64,000 bases of DNA from Candidatus Bathyarchaeia archaeon. GTDB taxonomy: Archaea; Thermoproteota; Bathyarchaeia; Bathyarchaeales; Bathycorpusculaceae. Shown here one piece after another: positions 19,033 to 30,056 of the stretch. The DNA lies in contig JBEKHN010000005.1 in the NCBI GenBank assembly GCA_050012255.1, forward strand, positions 53,337 to 117,336, given 5' to 3'. Numbering within the stretch: the first letter of the stretch is position 1; each line of letters starts with the position of its first letter. Below the pieces are notes generated by a model. The model had not been told where the DNA came from. It was given only the letters and a program-made list of their open reading frames with translations, and did no database searches. A program made the translations under genes and the position numbers.

Positions 19033-21966
19033 TTATGAGCTATCAAAACTGCGGAATTCTTTGCGATTTTCTTTTTCTTCCCAGAATTCGCGGGTTCGCA
19101 GGTACTGGATCTTCGCCTTGAGAAGGTCCATGAAGAACTCTTCTTCTTTCGGATGCATTTTTCCAAGAATTCTTGAGGCAGTTTCAGGGCCTACGCCCTT
19201 GACTTCAAGGGCTATGAGCGCTTTTCTTCCGTAGCTCAGCACCAGGTCCGCGGCTCGTCTTGCCTGAGTTAACTCCTTCAGCTCTTCCTCCGTCAGCGAG
19301 CTGCCTTCGCGTCTTCTTCTAAGCAGTTCGCCCAAATGGCTTGCGTCTTGGCTTCTGTACAGAACCGTCAGAAGCTTCGATCCGCATTTCCTGCAAGAAG
19401 GTTGTTCAGGCACATCTCTGATTTTTTCATCCCCTGCGAATTCGCCGCAGGATATGCAGAGCATCCTTGCTGTTCTGGCCTCTATCGCCATTTTCATCCT
19501 GTCTATGTTGCTTACCAAGACCTGTTCTGGTGCCATCAGCTCTGACATGTCTGAAAACTTTGCGAGTATGTGATAAGCCAACGGTGTTGGTTTCTCCAAG
19601 CTGCGCACAGTGCTGACCTTTATGATGCCGCTCTTAACTCGTCGCATGATCTCTTTGGCTCTCTTTTTGTCGACTTTCTCTATCATCGCCTCTCGCAGTG
19701 TTTCATCATAAATCGGGGTATCGCCGAATCTACTCGGAAGCTGGCTCAACCTTTCATAGCTCATGGTTTTTCCACGTGGCAAGACACCGAACCTTTCAGC
19801 AACAAACTTCATCTTGTAAGAGAAGGGAAACTTTGCCTCCAAATAATCCTCGAAAGCCTTGTCAACCTCTTTGCTTGTTAATGCAAACAGTGTTTCAGAC
19901 AGTTTTTCAGTCTCTATCGGGTTCAGTTTTCGGGGCGTCTCGATGAGTATTCGGTAACCGTCGTTCCACCAGCCGACTATCACTTCCCGCTCAGAGAGCA
20001 CAGAGTCAAAAACGCAGCCCAAAGTGCGATTCACCAGTTCACCGAAGCAAGCGTGAATTATCAAGTACTTGTCGAAAGATTCGAGAACGATATGATTATG
20101 CGTGGGCAGTGGCGCTCCCCTTTTCACGTGCTCATCAACCTCTCTGATTGTTGCAAGCAACGCAGACCTGTCGGTTGAGAGTCTTGATGCAAGTGTTTCC
20201 GCTGCGGCCTCCGCGTTTTTCGTCTTCTTCAGTTGATCTGCAATTTCTTCTCGAAGTTTGCCCGTTGCCTGTGCGAGGTCAAAAGGGACGGGAAGCATCT
20301 CGCCGTCCCATCCTGGGATCGCGGCCAGAGGGTCTTCCGAGGGAACAACGTAGACAATCCCGGTTTCCTGCTCGATCTGGACAATTCGCCACACTCTGCC
20401 CTTGACGATGATGTTCAAGCCTACTCTGGCTTTCAAGGCCATGAACTCGTCGCCCAAGGTTCCGATTTTTCTATCAGAAATCACGTTCACGATCGGATAA
20501 CGTCTCTCGTCCGGAATCATGGATAAGTTCTCATAATAGTAGCTTCTAGTCTTCCGAGCCTTTCGCAAAACCTTGCCTTCTTCCCCTATTCTTATGTTGC
20601 CCAAGCGCTCTAAAAAGTATACCACTTCATAAAAAGTGCTTTGAGAAATCTTCCTGTACGGATAAGCTCGCCGGAAAATTGACAATATATCCTTCGACTC
20701 TACCATCCCTTTATCCATCACTGCTCCAACGATTTGATGAGCCAAAACGTCCAAGGCACCTTCATGGATCACGACGGGTTCAAGCTTGTTCTTACAAGCG
20801 TTCCTTACCGCTGCAATCGACTCCAAAGTGTCGTCTGGAAACGCGGTTACAATGACGCCTTCTGACAGCATGTCCAATCGGTGGCCACTTCTTCCAACCC
20901 TCTGAATCAAGCTGCTGACCTGTCTGGGCGAAAGATACTGAATAACCAAGTCAATGCTTCCAATGTCTATGCCCAGCTCCAAGGTGCTCGTGCAGATTAT
21001 CGCTTTCAAGACACCTGCTTTAAACTCGTCTTCAACTTGGGCTCGCTCTTCCTTGGACAAAGACCCATGATGAACAGCAACGTCACTGCGCCCGAGCTGA
21101 TTAAACCTGTAGCCCAGCATCTCAGCAATCGTTCGAGCGTTTACAAAAATCAGGGTTGACTTGTGACTGTCAACAAGCTCAGTTACGCGTCTTATTCTTG
21201 CGGCCGCTTCAGGTGCCGTGTTGAGCTTCGCGGCTAGGTCGAAGTCTGACTCGATTGGGCTCGGGTTTTCAACATGATACATGTAGCCCTTGAGAAACGA
21301 GGCTTCTACCACCTTGATGCTTCTGCCTGTTCCAGCGATGAACTGGGCCACTTCGTCGGAGTTGCCAACAGTGGCTGACAAGCCTATCCTTTGAAACTCT
21401 TTTCCAACGATTTCGTGAAGCCTTTCTAAGGAAACCGCAAGCTGAACACCACGCTTGCTTGACGCAAGTTCGTGCACCTCGTCAACGACAACGTACCTTA
21501 CGTTGGCCAAGTGCTGTTTCATGCGTGAGCCCGGCAGAATGGCCTGAAGCGTTTCGGGGGTTGTCACAAGCACTTCAGGCGGAAAAATGGCTTGTCTTCT
21601 TCGAAGCTTCAGTTCGGTGTCTCCGTGTCTCACCTCGATTGAAATGCCCAATCTTGATGACCAGAATGATAGGCGCTTCAGTAGGTCACGATTCAACGCC
21701 CTCAAAGGTGTGATGTAAATCACGGCTATGCCCTTCCTTGTTTCCTGTTGAATCAAGTTTGAGAAGATCGGGAGCAGAACGGCCTCTGTTTTGCCGCTTC
21801 CCGTGGGAGCAATCAGGAGGACGTTTTCGCCTTTTGCTACGTGAGGAATGGCCATTTTCTGGGGTAAAGTGGGCTCAGTGAAGCCTAGCTCGGACAAGGA
21901 GTCACGAATGGGTTTCGCAAGCTGGTTGAACACCTCTGAGTTCTCTTGGCGTTTAGGCATTCTCAC
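19033..21966 (-). CDS. lhr: Lhr-like DEAD/DEAH helicase
   Basis: APTGSGKT, DEVH, SAT, HHGSL, QRVGRSGH; C-terminal Zn ribbon and HhH. Confidence 0.92.
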   Translation of the reverse strand: MRMPKRQENSEVFNQLAKPIRDSLSELGFTEPTLPQKMAIPHVAKGENVLLIAPTGSGKTEAVLLPIFSNLIQQETRKGIAVIYITPLRALNRDLLKRLSFWSSRLGISIEVRHGDTELKLRRRQAIFPPEVLVTTPETLQAILPGSRMKQHLANVRYVVVDEVHELASSKRGVQLAVSLERLHEIVGKEFQRIGLSATVGNSDEVAQFIAGTGRSIKVVEASFLKGYMYHVENPSPIESDFDLAAKLNTAPEAAARIRRVTELVDSHKSTLIFVNARTIAEMLGYRFNQLGRSDVAVHHGSLSKEERAQVEDEFKAGVLKAIICTSTLELGIDIGSIDLVIQYLSPRQVSSLIQRVGRSGHRLDMLSEGVIVTAFPDDTLESIAAVRNACKNKLEPVVIHEGALDVLAHQIVGAVMDKGMVESKDILSIFRRAYPYRKISQSTFYEVVYFLERLGNIRIGEEGKVLRKARKTRSYYYENLSMIPDERRYPIVNVISDRKIGTLGDEFMALKARVGLNIIVKGRVWRIVQIEQETGIVYVVPSEDPLAAIPGWDGEMLPVPFDLAQATGKLREEIADQLKKTKNAEAAAETLASRLSTDRSALLATIREVDEHVKRGAPLPTHNHIVLESFDKYLIIHACFGELVNRTLGCVFDSVLSEREVIVGWWNDGYRILIETPRKLNPIETEKLSETLFALTSKEVDKAFEDYLEAKFPFSYKMKFVAERFGVLPRGKTMSYERLSQLPSRFGDTPIYDETLREAMIEKVDKKRAKEIMRRVKSGIIKVSTVRSLEKPTPLAYHILAKFSDMSELMAPEQVLVSNIDRMKMAIEARTARMLCISCGEFAGDEKIRDVPEQPSCRKCGSKLLTVLYRSQDASHLGELLRRRREGSSLTEEELKELTQARRAADLVLSYGRKALIALEVKGVGPETASRILGKMHPKEEEFFMDLLKAKIQYLRTREFWEEKENRKEFRSFDSS

Positions 21967-22001
21967 AAGCTGAAACGATGGGTGATCGAAAGTTTTATTC
22001 T

Positions 22002-22787
22002 TTATCTTTGCGGCAACGGGTAGGATAGTATTAGCCCAACGCTTTCGCGGTACGGTATTGATACTGTCTCTCTGAACTTTCCCGTTTCAAGTGTTTTCCC
22101 GAATTCCTCTACTAACGGTGGTTTCCTTGAGCAGAAGATTACCTCGCCTTTTTCGCTGGTCCAGACCGTTAGTCCCCTCGTTTTTCCTTTGTGAACAATG
22201 TGCAGGAATGAGTTCTCTTCTCCCAGTTGCAGCATGGCCACCGCGTTTGAGCCCTGCAAAGCACAGAAAAACCCGTAAAGGGCTTCAGTAACGTCTCCTT
22301 TTTCGCTGAGCATCTCTTCGAAAAAATGCGGAATGACCTCTGAATCGATGAGTTCAAACTTCTCGGATTCGAAAACGTGTCCGGCACCGAACTTTTTTCT
22401 GATCTCTTCATAATTTTCCATTTTCCCGTTGTGGACTGAGGCTACTGTTAACCCTGGGTCGCGTTCAACGACGTAGGGCTGTGCAGTCTCTTTGAACTTG
22501 GCTGTGCTCATGAACTCTGGGCTCGGCATCCTTACATGTCCAAGCAAGACGGAGGCGTTCTTGACATTGACGATTTCAGGCAGGTGGCAAGCAGGAGATC
22601 CATCGATCTTTCCAACTTTTTCGAGTAGGAGGTTGCCATCTTCCAGGAGCACGGCGACGCCGGCACCGTAACCGCCGACGGGCCGTGGCTCTTGCGGAAG
22701 CTGATGGATCTCCAGTTTTTGAAGAACTTTGAAGACTTTGTTCATGGACACAGGTTTTCTGAGTGAAAAACCGAATATTCCACACAT
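22002..22787 (-). CDS. Class II glutamine amidotransferase-like (Ntn hydrolase) protein
   Basis: MCGIFG start, GHVR, QPY, HNG, DSE motifs. Confidence 0.82.
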   Translation of the reverse strand: MCGIFGFSLRKPVSMNKVFKVLQKLEIHQLPQEPRPVGGYGAGVAVLLEDGNLLLEKVGKIDGSPACHLPEIVNVKNASVLLGHVRMPSPEFMSTAKFKETAQPYVVERDPGLTVASVHNGKMENYEEIRKKFGAGHVFESEKFELIDSEVIPHFFEEMLSEKGDVTEALYGFFCALQGSNAVAMLQLGEENSFLHIVHKGKTRGLTVWTSEKGEVIFCSRKPPLVEEFGKTLETGKFRETVSIPYRESVGLILSYPLPQR

Positions 22788-23009
22788 TTTTCTACCATCC
22801 CTCAATCGGAGCTTTGGATCAGTGCCAGTTGATCTGGAGAATCAACCTGTTTCACTGATTTGCCTACTTGCTTCTTAAATCTCTTTTTATCTTCGGTTCT
22901 GTCAACTCTTCGGTTGATACGGGCCCTTGTCAAAAATCGGTTGATGCAACTTCTAAGGGATTTAGTCTGAGTTTTCGTTGACAGTCGTTCTGAGAGCCCG
23001 TTTCTTGGC

Positions 23010-23246
23010 CTACTCTGTCTCAATCTTATAAAGAACTTTTAGACCTTTCAACGTGTGATGAATCTTGTCGGTGAGTTGAAGTATATCCCCGAGGTCAACA
23101 TTCCTCTTCCAATCGTAAACGTGGTCATGAACCCCTCTTAAGGGTTCAAAGCCTAAAGAACGAAGTCTTTCAACAATCTCAACAGGGCCAGAGCCCTCAC
23201 TGTTAAACCATATCGTCAAGTACGTCTTCACAACGTAACACCCCAA
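23010..23246 (-). CDS. Conserved small archaeal hypothetical protein
   Basis: KTYLTIWFNSEG...LGFEPLRG.HD.VYDW...YKIETE; start uncertain. Confidence 0.7.
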   Translation of the reverse strand: MGCYVVKTYLTIWFNSEGSGPVEIVERLRSLGFEPLRGVHDHVYDWKRNVDLGDILQLTDKIHHTLKGLKVLYKIETE

Positions 23247-23980
23247 ACTTCTCTAAGAAATGACGCACATCAATTAATCCTTTTCCATTGCAGGATAACT
23301 GTAAACTTATTTGTCATGGCTAAAAGGGGCCCATGTGAACTTTCGAGTTTTTGAAACGGGTCCTAGCTGCCAAAAGCATAGACTTCAACTCTGAATCGTC
23401 GCTTCATAACTCTTTTCTAGCATAAGCGTTCTGATTATGCACAAGTGAGAAAATGAAAGTACACTCTTACAGACGAGCCAAACCAGGCAACAAGCACAAG
23501 ACAGTACACGTTAAGGGTTACGTAAGAAGAAAGTAGGAAAAGCCAATTCTTCCTGCAGTGCCCAGCGCAACTCGCTATTCTCGAAGACCAAAGGCTTATC
23601 GTAGACTAGCACATTTGCAGCAGTAAACATTCATAGCATCAAATGGTTTGACCCTTAAACCGAAGCCGTTGGACTCGGCCTTCTAGGAAGCCAGGTACTC
23701 GGCGGATTCTTTCTTTTCCCATTTCGTTAGCTCATCCTGCGACTTCAAGTTGAATCTGAGCAGGTCTATCACGTCACTTTTCCACTGATCTGGCGAAGCG
23801 TGTATCGCTCTTCCAATTTACAGGCTTCTGAGCAATTGTAGCGTCGCGCGCGCTCCAGAGAATAGTAGAAAAAGAGCACCCGCGATTCTGGCAGATTACA
23901 TCCTGTCGTTTCTTGCCAAATAGCGCACTATCGTTAAATAAGCATGCAACGAAGATTCTCATGTGAGGAGAGATACAGGT

Positions 23981-25036
23981 TTGGTCGATGAGGTTTATGA
24001 TCAACTTGCGGAAGCTTTGGACCATCTTCCGAACGGTTTTCCGAGAACACCCTCAAACGTTGAGATTCGAGTCCTGAAGAAGATATTCTCACCTGAAGAA
24101 GCAACGATCGCAGGTCAGCTAAGCGGTTCCCAAGAACCAGTCGAATCGATCGCCAAGAGAGTCGGGCTCTCGGTTAAAGAGGCTGGAGAAAAGTTGACCA
24201 AAATGACCAGGAAGGGTCTCGTGTGGCGTGATGACGAAGAGGGAAGACCAACCTTCAGACTTGCGCCCTTCGTCGTTGGAATCTACGAGTCACAACTGGA
24301 AACCATGGACCATGAACTAGCTCACCTCGTCGAAGAATACTTCGCGAATGGAGGTGCAGTCGGCATAATGAAGCCTCAGCCGGCCCTTCACCGTGTTATT
24401 CCCGCGCAGAAAGCCATGAAATCCGAACTTATTCTTCCATACGACGATGTCAAATCAATACTGTTAAAGTCCAAATCGTTCGGCCTGCGTGATTGCGTCT
24501 GCAGGGTACAGCAGAAACAACTCGGCCACGAATGCACGTTTCCACTAACGACCTGTCTGTTCTTCTCGTCCTACGAGCGCCCTCCACACAGATACACCAT
24601 CTCCAAAGAAAAGGCATTGGCTTTCCTCGACAAGGCCGAGGAAATAGGCTTGGTTCACACCGTTAGCAACGTGATGAAGGGTGTGGGTTACGTGTGCAAC
24701 TGTTGCGGCTGCTGCTGCGGCATACTCAGAGGCATCAACGAGTGGGGCATAGAAAACTCCGTTGCTCATGCTAACTACTACGCCGCAATAGACCCAAACG
24801 AATGCCTAAACTGCGGAACATGCAGAACCAGATGCCAAGTACACGCAATTACTGAACAAGACGGCGTATCCGTTGTGGATAAGAAAAGATGCATCGGCTG
24901 CGGACTATGCGCAACCGGCTGCCCAAACAACGCAGCACAACTCAAACGCAAACCCGACAACCAGATCATCAGCCCACCACAAGACTTTGGAACATGGGAA
25001 CACGAACGCCTACATAGCCGAGGACTAACGGAATAG
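23981..25036 (+). CDS. 4Fe-4S dicluster protein with N-terminal HTH-like region
   Basis: CVCR, CNCCGCCC, two CxxCxxCxxxC motifs; GAGGAG SD before TTG. Confidence 0.88.
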   Translation: MVDEVYDQLAEALDHLPNGFPRTPSNVEIRVLKKIFSPEEATIAGQLSGSQEPVESIAKRVGLSVKEAGEKLTKMTRKGLVWRDDEEGRPTFRLAPFVVGIYESQLETMDHELAHLVEEYFANGGAVGIMKPQPALHRVIPAQKAMKSELILPYDDVKSILLKSKSFGLRDCVCRVQQKQLGHECTFPLTTCLFFSSYERPPHRYTISKEKALAFLDKAEEIGLVHTVSNVMKGVGYVCNCCGCCCGILRGINEWGIENSVAHANYYAAIDPNECLNCGTCRTRCQVHAITEQDGVSVVDKKRCIGCGLCATGCPNNAAQLKRKPDNQIISPPQDFGTWEHERLHSRGLTE

Positions 25037-25083
25037 AGCTCATGCAACCACTATTCAGGAGTAGATAGGAAAAGAGAATTCGC

Positions 25084-25130
25084 GGGGGACATCTCCACTT
25101 CTAATGCGGTTACGACCAACATGCCAGCCT
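25084..25130. repeat. 47-bp dispersed repeat, copy A
   Basis: 37/47 ungapped identity (manual count) to 30057-30103; shared ATCTCCACT and GGTTACGACCAACA. Confidence 0.7.
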
Positions 25131-25196
25131 TTTGGAATGTCACGCATGCCTCTTTTTTGCGAGCTGCTACAATTGCATCTAAACAACAGACTATGA

Positions 25197-25757
25197 TTAG
25201 CCAATGTGGCAGCAGGGATTACTCTTTGGGGTCTCGTAGTTTATAATCGAGAATACTTCATACTTGTCTCCAAGGGATTCCCTCCCGTGAAGATACGCTA
25301 GTTCAATTAGAAAGCCCATGCCAACGATCTTTCCGCCCAGTTCTTCAACTAATTCAGCGTTTGCCTTGATGGTGCCACCTGTCGCCAGCAAATCATCAAC
25401 AAGCAGAACGTTCTGACCAGGTTCGACAGCATCTTCATGAATCTCGACGGTGTCGGACTCATATTCCTTCTGGTAAGTGAGGCTCACGGTTTTTGAAGGC
25501 AGTTTTCCTTTCTTTCTGATAGGAACAAAACCAGCTTCAAGTTCATAGGCTAACGCTGCTCCCAATATGAAACCTCTGGCCTCACTTGATACTACAACGT
25601 CCACTTCTTTGTCCCGAAAATGGTCAGCCAACTGTTTGACGCATTCTCGAAAAGCGTGCTTATCTTTCAAAAGCGGGGTTATGTCCCAGAAAACTACGCC
25701 CTTGAATTCGGGTATTCGCCTTATCTTCGACCTGAGATCCATGTTTTCAATCTTCAT
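25197..25757 (-). CDS. apt: Adenine phosphoribosyltransferase
   Basis: DITPLL, EARGF, RKKGKLP, VDDLLATGGT. Confidence 0.93.
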   Translation of the reverse strand: MKIENMDLRSKIRRIPEFKGVVFWDITPLLKDKHAFRECVKQLADHFRDKEVDVVVSSEARGFILGAALAYELEAGFVPIRKKGKLPSKTVSLTYQKEYESDTVEIHEDAVEPGQNVLLVDDLLATGGTIKANAELVEELGGKIVGMGFLIELAYLHGRESLGDKYEVFSIINYETPKSNPCCHIG

Positions 25758-25777
25758 TCCTTTGTTGCGAGGCCCAT

Positions 25778-26563
25778 TCAGATCAGAGCACTTTTCAACG
25801 CGCTCTTGCACTCGCATCGTCTTTCTCTCGGTATGTTTGGAATTGCCTCAGCAATTATGCTCTTGACTTTTTCCACGTTCGCCCTCATAGTCTTCAAAAC
25901 TTCATTCGCCGTGACAGGCTGGTCTTTCCACGCGTCGTAGTCAGTTACAGTCGCAATTGAAGAATAGCATATCTCCGCTTCTCGAGCAAGAACGCACTCT
26001 GGAACAAGAGTCATACCAACGACGTCTGCTCCCCACGTCCTGAACAATCTGGATTCCGCTCTCGTCGAGAATCTCGGCCCTTCTATACAAACATACGTGC
26101 CAACGTTATGAGTGCTGACGTTCATGTCCTCAGCCGCTTCTATCAAAGTTCGCCTTAACTCCGGACACATAGGTTCGGCCACTGATATATGGCACACGCG
26201 CCTTCGCGTATAAAATGACTGTTCTCGTTTGGTCGTTCTATCTATAAACTGGTCGATGAACACCACGTCTCCAGGCTTGCACTCTTCCCTCAGAGAGCCG
26301 ACCGTTGAAGGCGCAAGTATCCTTTGAACACCGAGTTTTTTCAAAGCAAAAATGTTTGCTCTCGAATTCACGTCAGTTGGCCTTATCGTATGTTTCCTTG
26401 AGTGCCTCGGCAAAAATGCCACGCGTCTACCTCTCAACTCTCCAACCGCAATCGAATCAGAAGGCGCCCCATAGGGCGTGCGCACCCTTATTTCCTCAAC
26501 GTTCCTGAGGAGTTTCGGATCGTAGAAACCCGTTCCGCCGATGATTCCGATCTCTGCCCGCAT
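25778..26563 (-). CDS. mtnP: S-methyl-5'-thioadenosine phosphorylase
   Basis: [30 protein letters not shown]. Confidence 0.93.
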   Translation of the reverse strand: MRAEIGIIGGTGFYDPKLLRNVEEIRVRTPYGAPSDSIAVGELRGRRVAFLPRHSRKHTIRPTDVNSRANIFALKKLGVQRILAPSTVGSLREECKPGDVVFIDQFIDRTTKREQSFYTRRRVCHISVAEPMCPELRRTLIEAAEDMNVSTHNVGTYVCIEGPRFSTRAESRLFRTWGADVVGMTLVPECVLAREAEICYSSIATVTDYDAWKDQPVTANEVLKTMRANVEKVKSIIAEAIPNIPRERRCECKSALKSALI

Positions 26564-26663
26564 GAGAATTCATTTTCATTCTCAATTTATAAGAATAGCG
26601 ACGGCAACATCAACAGTTCCCTATTAGACACCGATGTGCCTGAACAGACTAAGAATATAGACA

Positions 26664-27044
26664 CTACAATCGAGGCGAGAGTGATCTCGAAAACTCTTTG
26701 GCGACAATGAACACGATGCTGCAAACAACGTCACAGTCAAGGTCGTTCTCCTTGACAATGTCCTCCGAACTCTTTCTCACAGAAAAAACTACCCTTATAG
26801 CCGCGCTTTCGCAAGCAGGATCATTCGTCAACTGATGCACAAGGGTACTCATTCGTTTTGAAGCGTTCTGCAATTGCTTCTTGGTCACCAGATTACATTT
26901 CATCTCAAGGCGCTTCATCAAGTATTCTTGGATTTCCGCTTCTCTTGTCTTCCGCATATAATCCCCGAACACTCTCACTAAGGAACGCCATTCTGCACTA
27001 GTACATCCCACGCATTTCGACGTGTGTGGCGCGTTCCAAAGCAT
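26664..27044 (-). CDS. Hypothetical protein, possibly decayed or truncated by the adjacent MITE
   Basis: ORF only; its 5' end abuts the element at 27056. Confidence 0.25.
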   Translation of the reverse strand: MLWNAPHTSKCVGCTSAEWRSLVRVFGDYMRKTREAEIQEYLMKRLEMKCNLVTKKQLQNASKRMSTLVHQLTNDPACESAAIRVVFSVRKSSEDIVKENDLDCDVVCSIVFIVAKEFSRSLSPRL

Positions 27045-27055
27045 TGTTAGCGCGC

Positions 27056-27244
27056 ATGCTTGTTCCTAAATTCCGTTCAAGAGGGAGGCATGGCGTTTTC
27101 CAATGGTCGATGGTTACTGTCACGGTTCGAGTGGGTGCTTGCGTGCTCACACCCTCCCCCCGGGGATCCTATATGACCCAAATATGATTGAAGAGCAAAA
27201 TGAGCAGCACAAGGTACTTCCCGAAAGAATTCAGGAATACGCTA
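27056..27244. mobile_element. MITE-like element 2 (189 bp)
   Basis: ATGCTTGTTCCTAAATTC ... GAATTCAGGAATACGCTA; GCGCGC at 27050-27055 and 27245-27250; homologous over its length to 60753-60918. Confidence 0.85.
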
Positions 27245-27464
27245 GCGCGCCAGCTTTTGGATTGTGCACGCCAACTGAACAGAAAAATGGGGTTTGCGGG
27301 AGAACACGGAAATTGAATTTCCGAAATCTCGACTCGGAATATGGATTCTGGGTTCTGAAATGCCTTATCCAGAAGGTGAAAATGTATGAATATGGCAAAA
27401 GTGAAAGACTGGCTTTCTGCAATTCGGCGCGCGCCATATTGGTATACTACAAGAGGTGATATCG

Positions 27465-29996
27465 ATGCGGCGGCTTGATCGATTGCGATCCTCTTACTTC
27501 GTAATAGTTATCTTGATCTTTGGCTCCCTTTCAGCAAGCTCATCTTCGTACCAAACCTCCCCACTCGCATTGGCACAGCCACCTCAACCCCCCTCTATTG
27601 GCGTGAACCTCGTGAACACTACGTACAGAATAGCTCCGTCCAACCGTAGTGGATGGCTGTCTACAGGTCAGTCAGCGGAGATAATGCTGTCAGGAATCGA
27701 TTTCAACAATACAGGGGGACCCCTGCTCTTCAACCATCCTGCCGGGATAGCCACCGACGGACAGCACTTGTTAGTTGTTGACAGGAACAACAACAGAATA
27801 CTCATGTGGAACACGATCCCCGCGTCCAACTCCCCGCCAGACCTAGTCCTCGGCCAGAAAAACTTCTACGCCAACAACCCGGGGCACGGGCTGGACGGGC
27901 TGAACTGGCCCAGCCAAGTCTCAACCGGCGGGGGAAAGGTGGTTGTGGCCGATTCCTACAACAGCCGCATCCTGATCTGGAACACCTTTCCTACCGAGAA
28001 CGGCCAGCCGGCGGACCTGGAGCTGGTCGGCCAAGGCGACCAAAACAAACTTGCCGACATTAACTGGCCGTGGGGCGCTTGGACTGACGGGACGAAGCTG
28101 GTCGTGTCCAGCACGGGCAGGAGCCTCGTCCTGATCTGGAACGCCTTTCCCACCCGGAACAACCAATCCGCCGACATCTACCTCACGGCGTTGGGAAAGT
28201 TTGGGACGCCCAGAATGATAACCAGCGACGGCGAGCACTTGATGGTCGGCGATCACAACGCCAAGGTTTCATCGCCAGATGTTGGCGGGACATTCGTCTG
28301 GAACACTTTCCCAACCGAGAACGACCAACCCTACGATTACTTTGCAGCCGCCTCTTCCGCGTGGGGGGCAATGAACGGGTTCAGTTTTGCACGTGGTGTC
28401 ATCCTCCCCGACGGGCGGACTATTCTGCTCGGGGAGGTCCTTTACATCTTCAACTCGTTCCCGCAGAATGACAGCGTCACGCCGGATGTGATGATTAGCG
28501 GGGCGGCGGACACAAGTTTCAGCGGGGGGGATGGCTCCGATGTTGCCGTCGTGGGCACGAGCCTCTTCCTTTCACTGTACAACCCTAACAAGATAGTCGT
28601 GTTCAACAGCATCCCAACAAGCGCAGATGCGTCACCAGATTTCGTGATCGGCGCCCCCGACCTTTCCGTCAACACCCTCGCCGCCAACTACTTCTTCACG
28701 AATCCGGAACCGGCAACGGACGGCAGAAGCCTGTTCGTCGCATCGGATTTCGACAGCAAACTGTACGTGTACAGGCACCTGCCAGACCAGTCCAACGCCT
28801 ACCCCGACGTTGTCTACGATTTCAGGGGCGTTAACTTCCCGCCTTGGGCCATCTGCCTTTACAATGGGACGTTGGCGCTCGCAGGAAGGCAGGACGTGTA
28901 CATCTGGACCGAAACACCCTTGGACGGACAACTTCCCAACATTCACTTCTCAGGGGGCATCGGCAACGCGACCTTCCAAGACCTGAGAGGCGTGGCGCTA
29001 GACTCAGAGCATTTCTACCTAGCCGACAAAGGAGCTGGGAAAATCTATGTCTGGAACAGCATCCCATCGAACGATAGCGTAAGCCCAGCCATCACACTGT
29101 CCACCGACGGACCAACGAGGCTTTCGAGCGATGGAGAGTACTTGGCAGTCGCTGCGACGGAGAGCGGGCCCAGGGGATCAGTCAGGATATACAACCTCTC
29201 AACCTTCGGCACCGACTCGCAACCAGTGAACCTAGGGGGAATAAACCAGCCGCAGCTGGCCACGTTCAACCTTCCACAGGAGGCAGTCGTCGCTCAGGGG
29301 CATCTTTTCGTTGCGGACACGGGCTTCAACCGGGTTCTGGTGTGGAGCAACATCACAAGCGCGCTCGGCGGCGCCGGCGCTGACATCGTCCTGGGCTGCA
29401 CTGGGGACACCTCAACCTGCAGAAACGACCCGGAGATCGGGAGGGACAGGTTGTTCTGGCCCGCGGGCATCACGTTTGACGGCAACTATCTTTGGATAGG
29501 CGAGTTCAAGTTCTCGGGCAGATTGCTGAGGTTGGGCGTTGGTGCCACCCCGTCGTCCGTGCCGAGAACCGAGCTCTACAACATTCAAACGGGAGCCCAA
29601 TCTTTCATTGCGAGCTTGGAAACGAACTCAAGTACCTCTGCGTTGGAGTTCTCGTTTTCGACCAAAAGCATTAACGTGAACAGTTCGTCCCCGGCGGTCT
29701 CTTACGTTAACGCAACGTTCCCATCAAGCCTCTTGGGTGGAACGCTTGCCGCGTACGTGGATGGATCTTCCGTAACCCCCGCTATTTGTCAAGGTAGCAC
29801 TGACACATCCGTATACCTAACCGTCCCATCCGGGGATCACACTATGCGAATCACCGGTACTGAGGCTGTTCCCGAGTTCACGGGGCCCGTCCTGGTTTGC
29901 ATACTGCTCGTGTCAACCGTCTTGGGGGCGATTTTTTCAATATTATTCAAGACGAAATCGGTTCAGAAAGATAGAAGAAGACACGAAAAAGACTGA
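27465..29996 (+). CDS. Secreted NHL-repeat/beta-propeller surface protein with PEF-CTERM-like sorting signal
   Basis: Signal peptide; repeats VADSYNSRILIWN, ADLxLG; C-terminal VPEF + TM + basic tail; GC-richer than flanks. Confidence 0.85.
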   Translation: MRRLDRLRSSYFVIVILIFGSLSASSSSYQTSPLALAQPPQPPSIGVNLVNTTYRIAPSNRSGWLSTGQSAEIMLSGIDFNNTGGPLLFNHPAGIATDGQHLLVVDRNNNRILMWNTIPASNSPPDLVLGQKNFYANNPGHGLDGLNWPSQVSTGGGKVVVADSYNSRILIWNTFPTENGQPADLELVGQGDQNKLADINWPWGAWTDGTKLVVSSTGRSLVLIWNAFPTRNNQSADIYLTALGKFGTPRMITSDGEHLMVGDHNAKVSSPDVGGTFVWNTFPTENDQPYDYFAAASSAWGAMNGFSFARGVILPDGRTILLGEVLYIFNSFPQNDSVTPDVMISGAADTSFSGGDGSDVAVVGTSLFLSLYNPNKIVVFNSIPTSADASPDFVIGAPDLSVNTLAANYFFTNPEPATDGRSLFVASDFDSKLYVYRHLPDQSNAYPDVVYDFRGVNFPPWAICLYNGTLALAGRQDVYIWTETPLDGQLPNIHFSGGIGNATFQDLRGVALDSEHFYLADKGAGKIYVWNSIPSNDSVSPAITLSTDGPTRLSSDGEYLAVAATESGPRGSVRIYNLSTFGTDSQPVNLGGINQPQLATFNLPQEAVVAQGHLFVADTGFNRVLVWSNITSALGGAGADIVLGCTGDTSTCRNDPEIGRDRLFWPAGITFDGNYLWIGEFKFSGRLLRLGVGATPSSVPRTELYNIQTGAQSFIASLETNSSTSALEFSFSTKSINVNSSSPAVSYVNATFPSSLLGGTLAAYVDGSSVTPAICQGSTDTSVYLTVPSGDHTMRITGTEAVPEFTGPVLVCILLVSTVLGAIFSILFKTKSVQKDRRRHEKD

Positions 29997-30056
29997 TGCT
30001 GAGACTGATAACCTTGGACCAGAGAAAAAGAACTCAGCAATCCAATTTCGTTGTTC

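Noticed and set aside
27029-27040. GCGCGTTCCAAA, possible degenerate TIR just left of MITE 2
   Set aside because: Too short to distinguish from chance.
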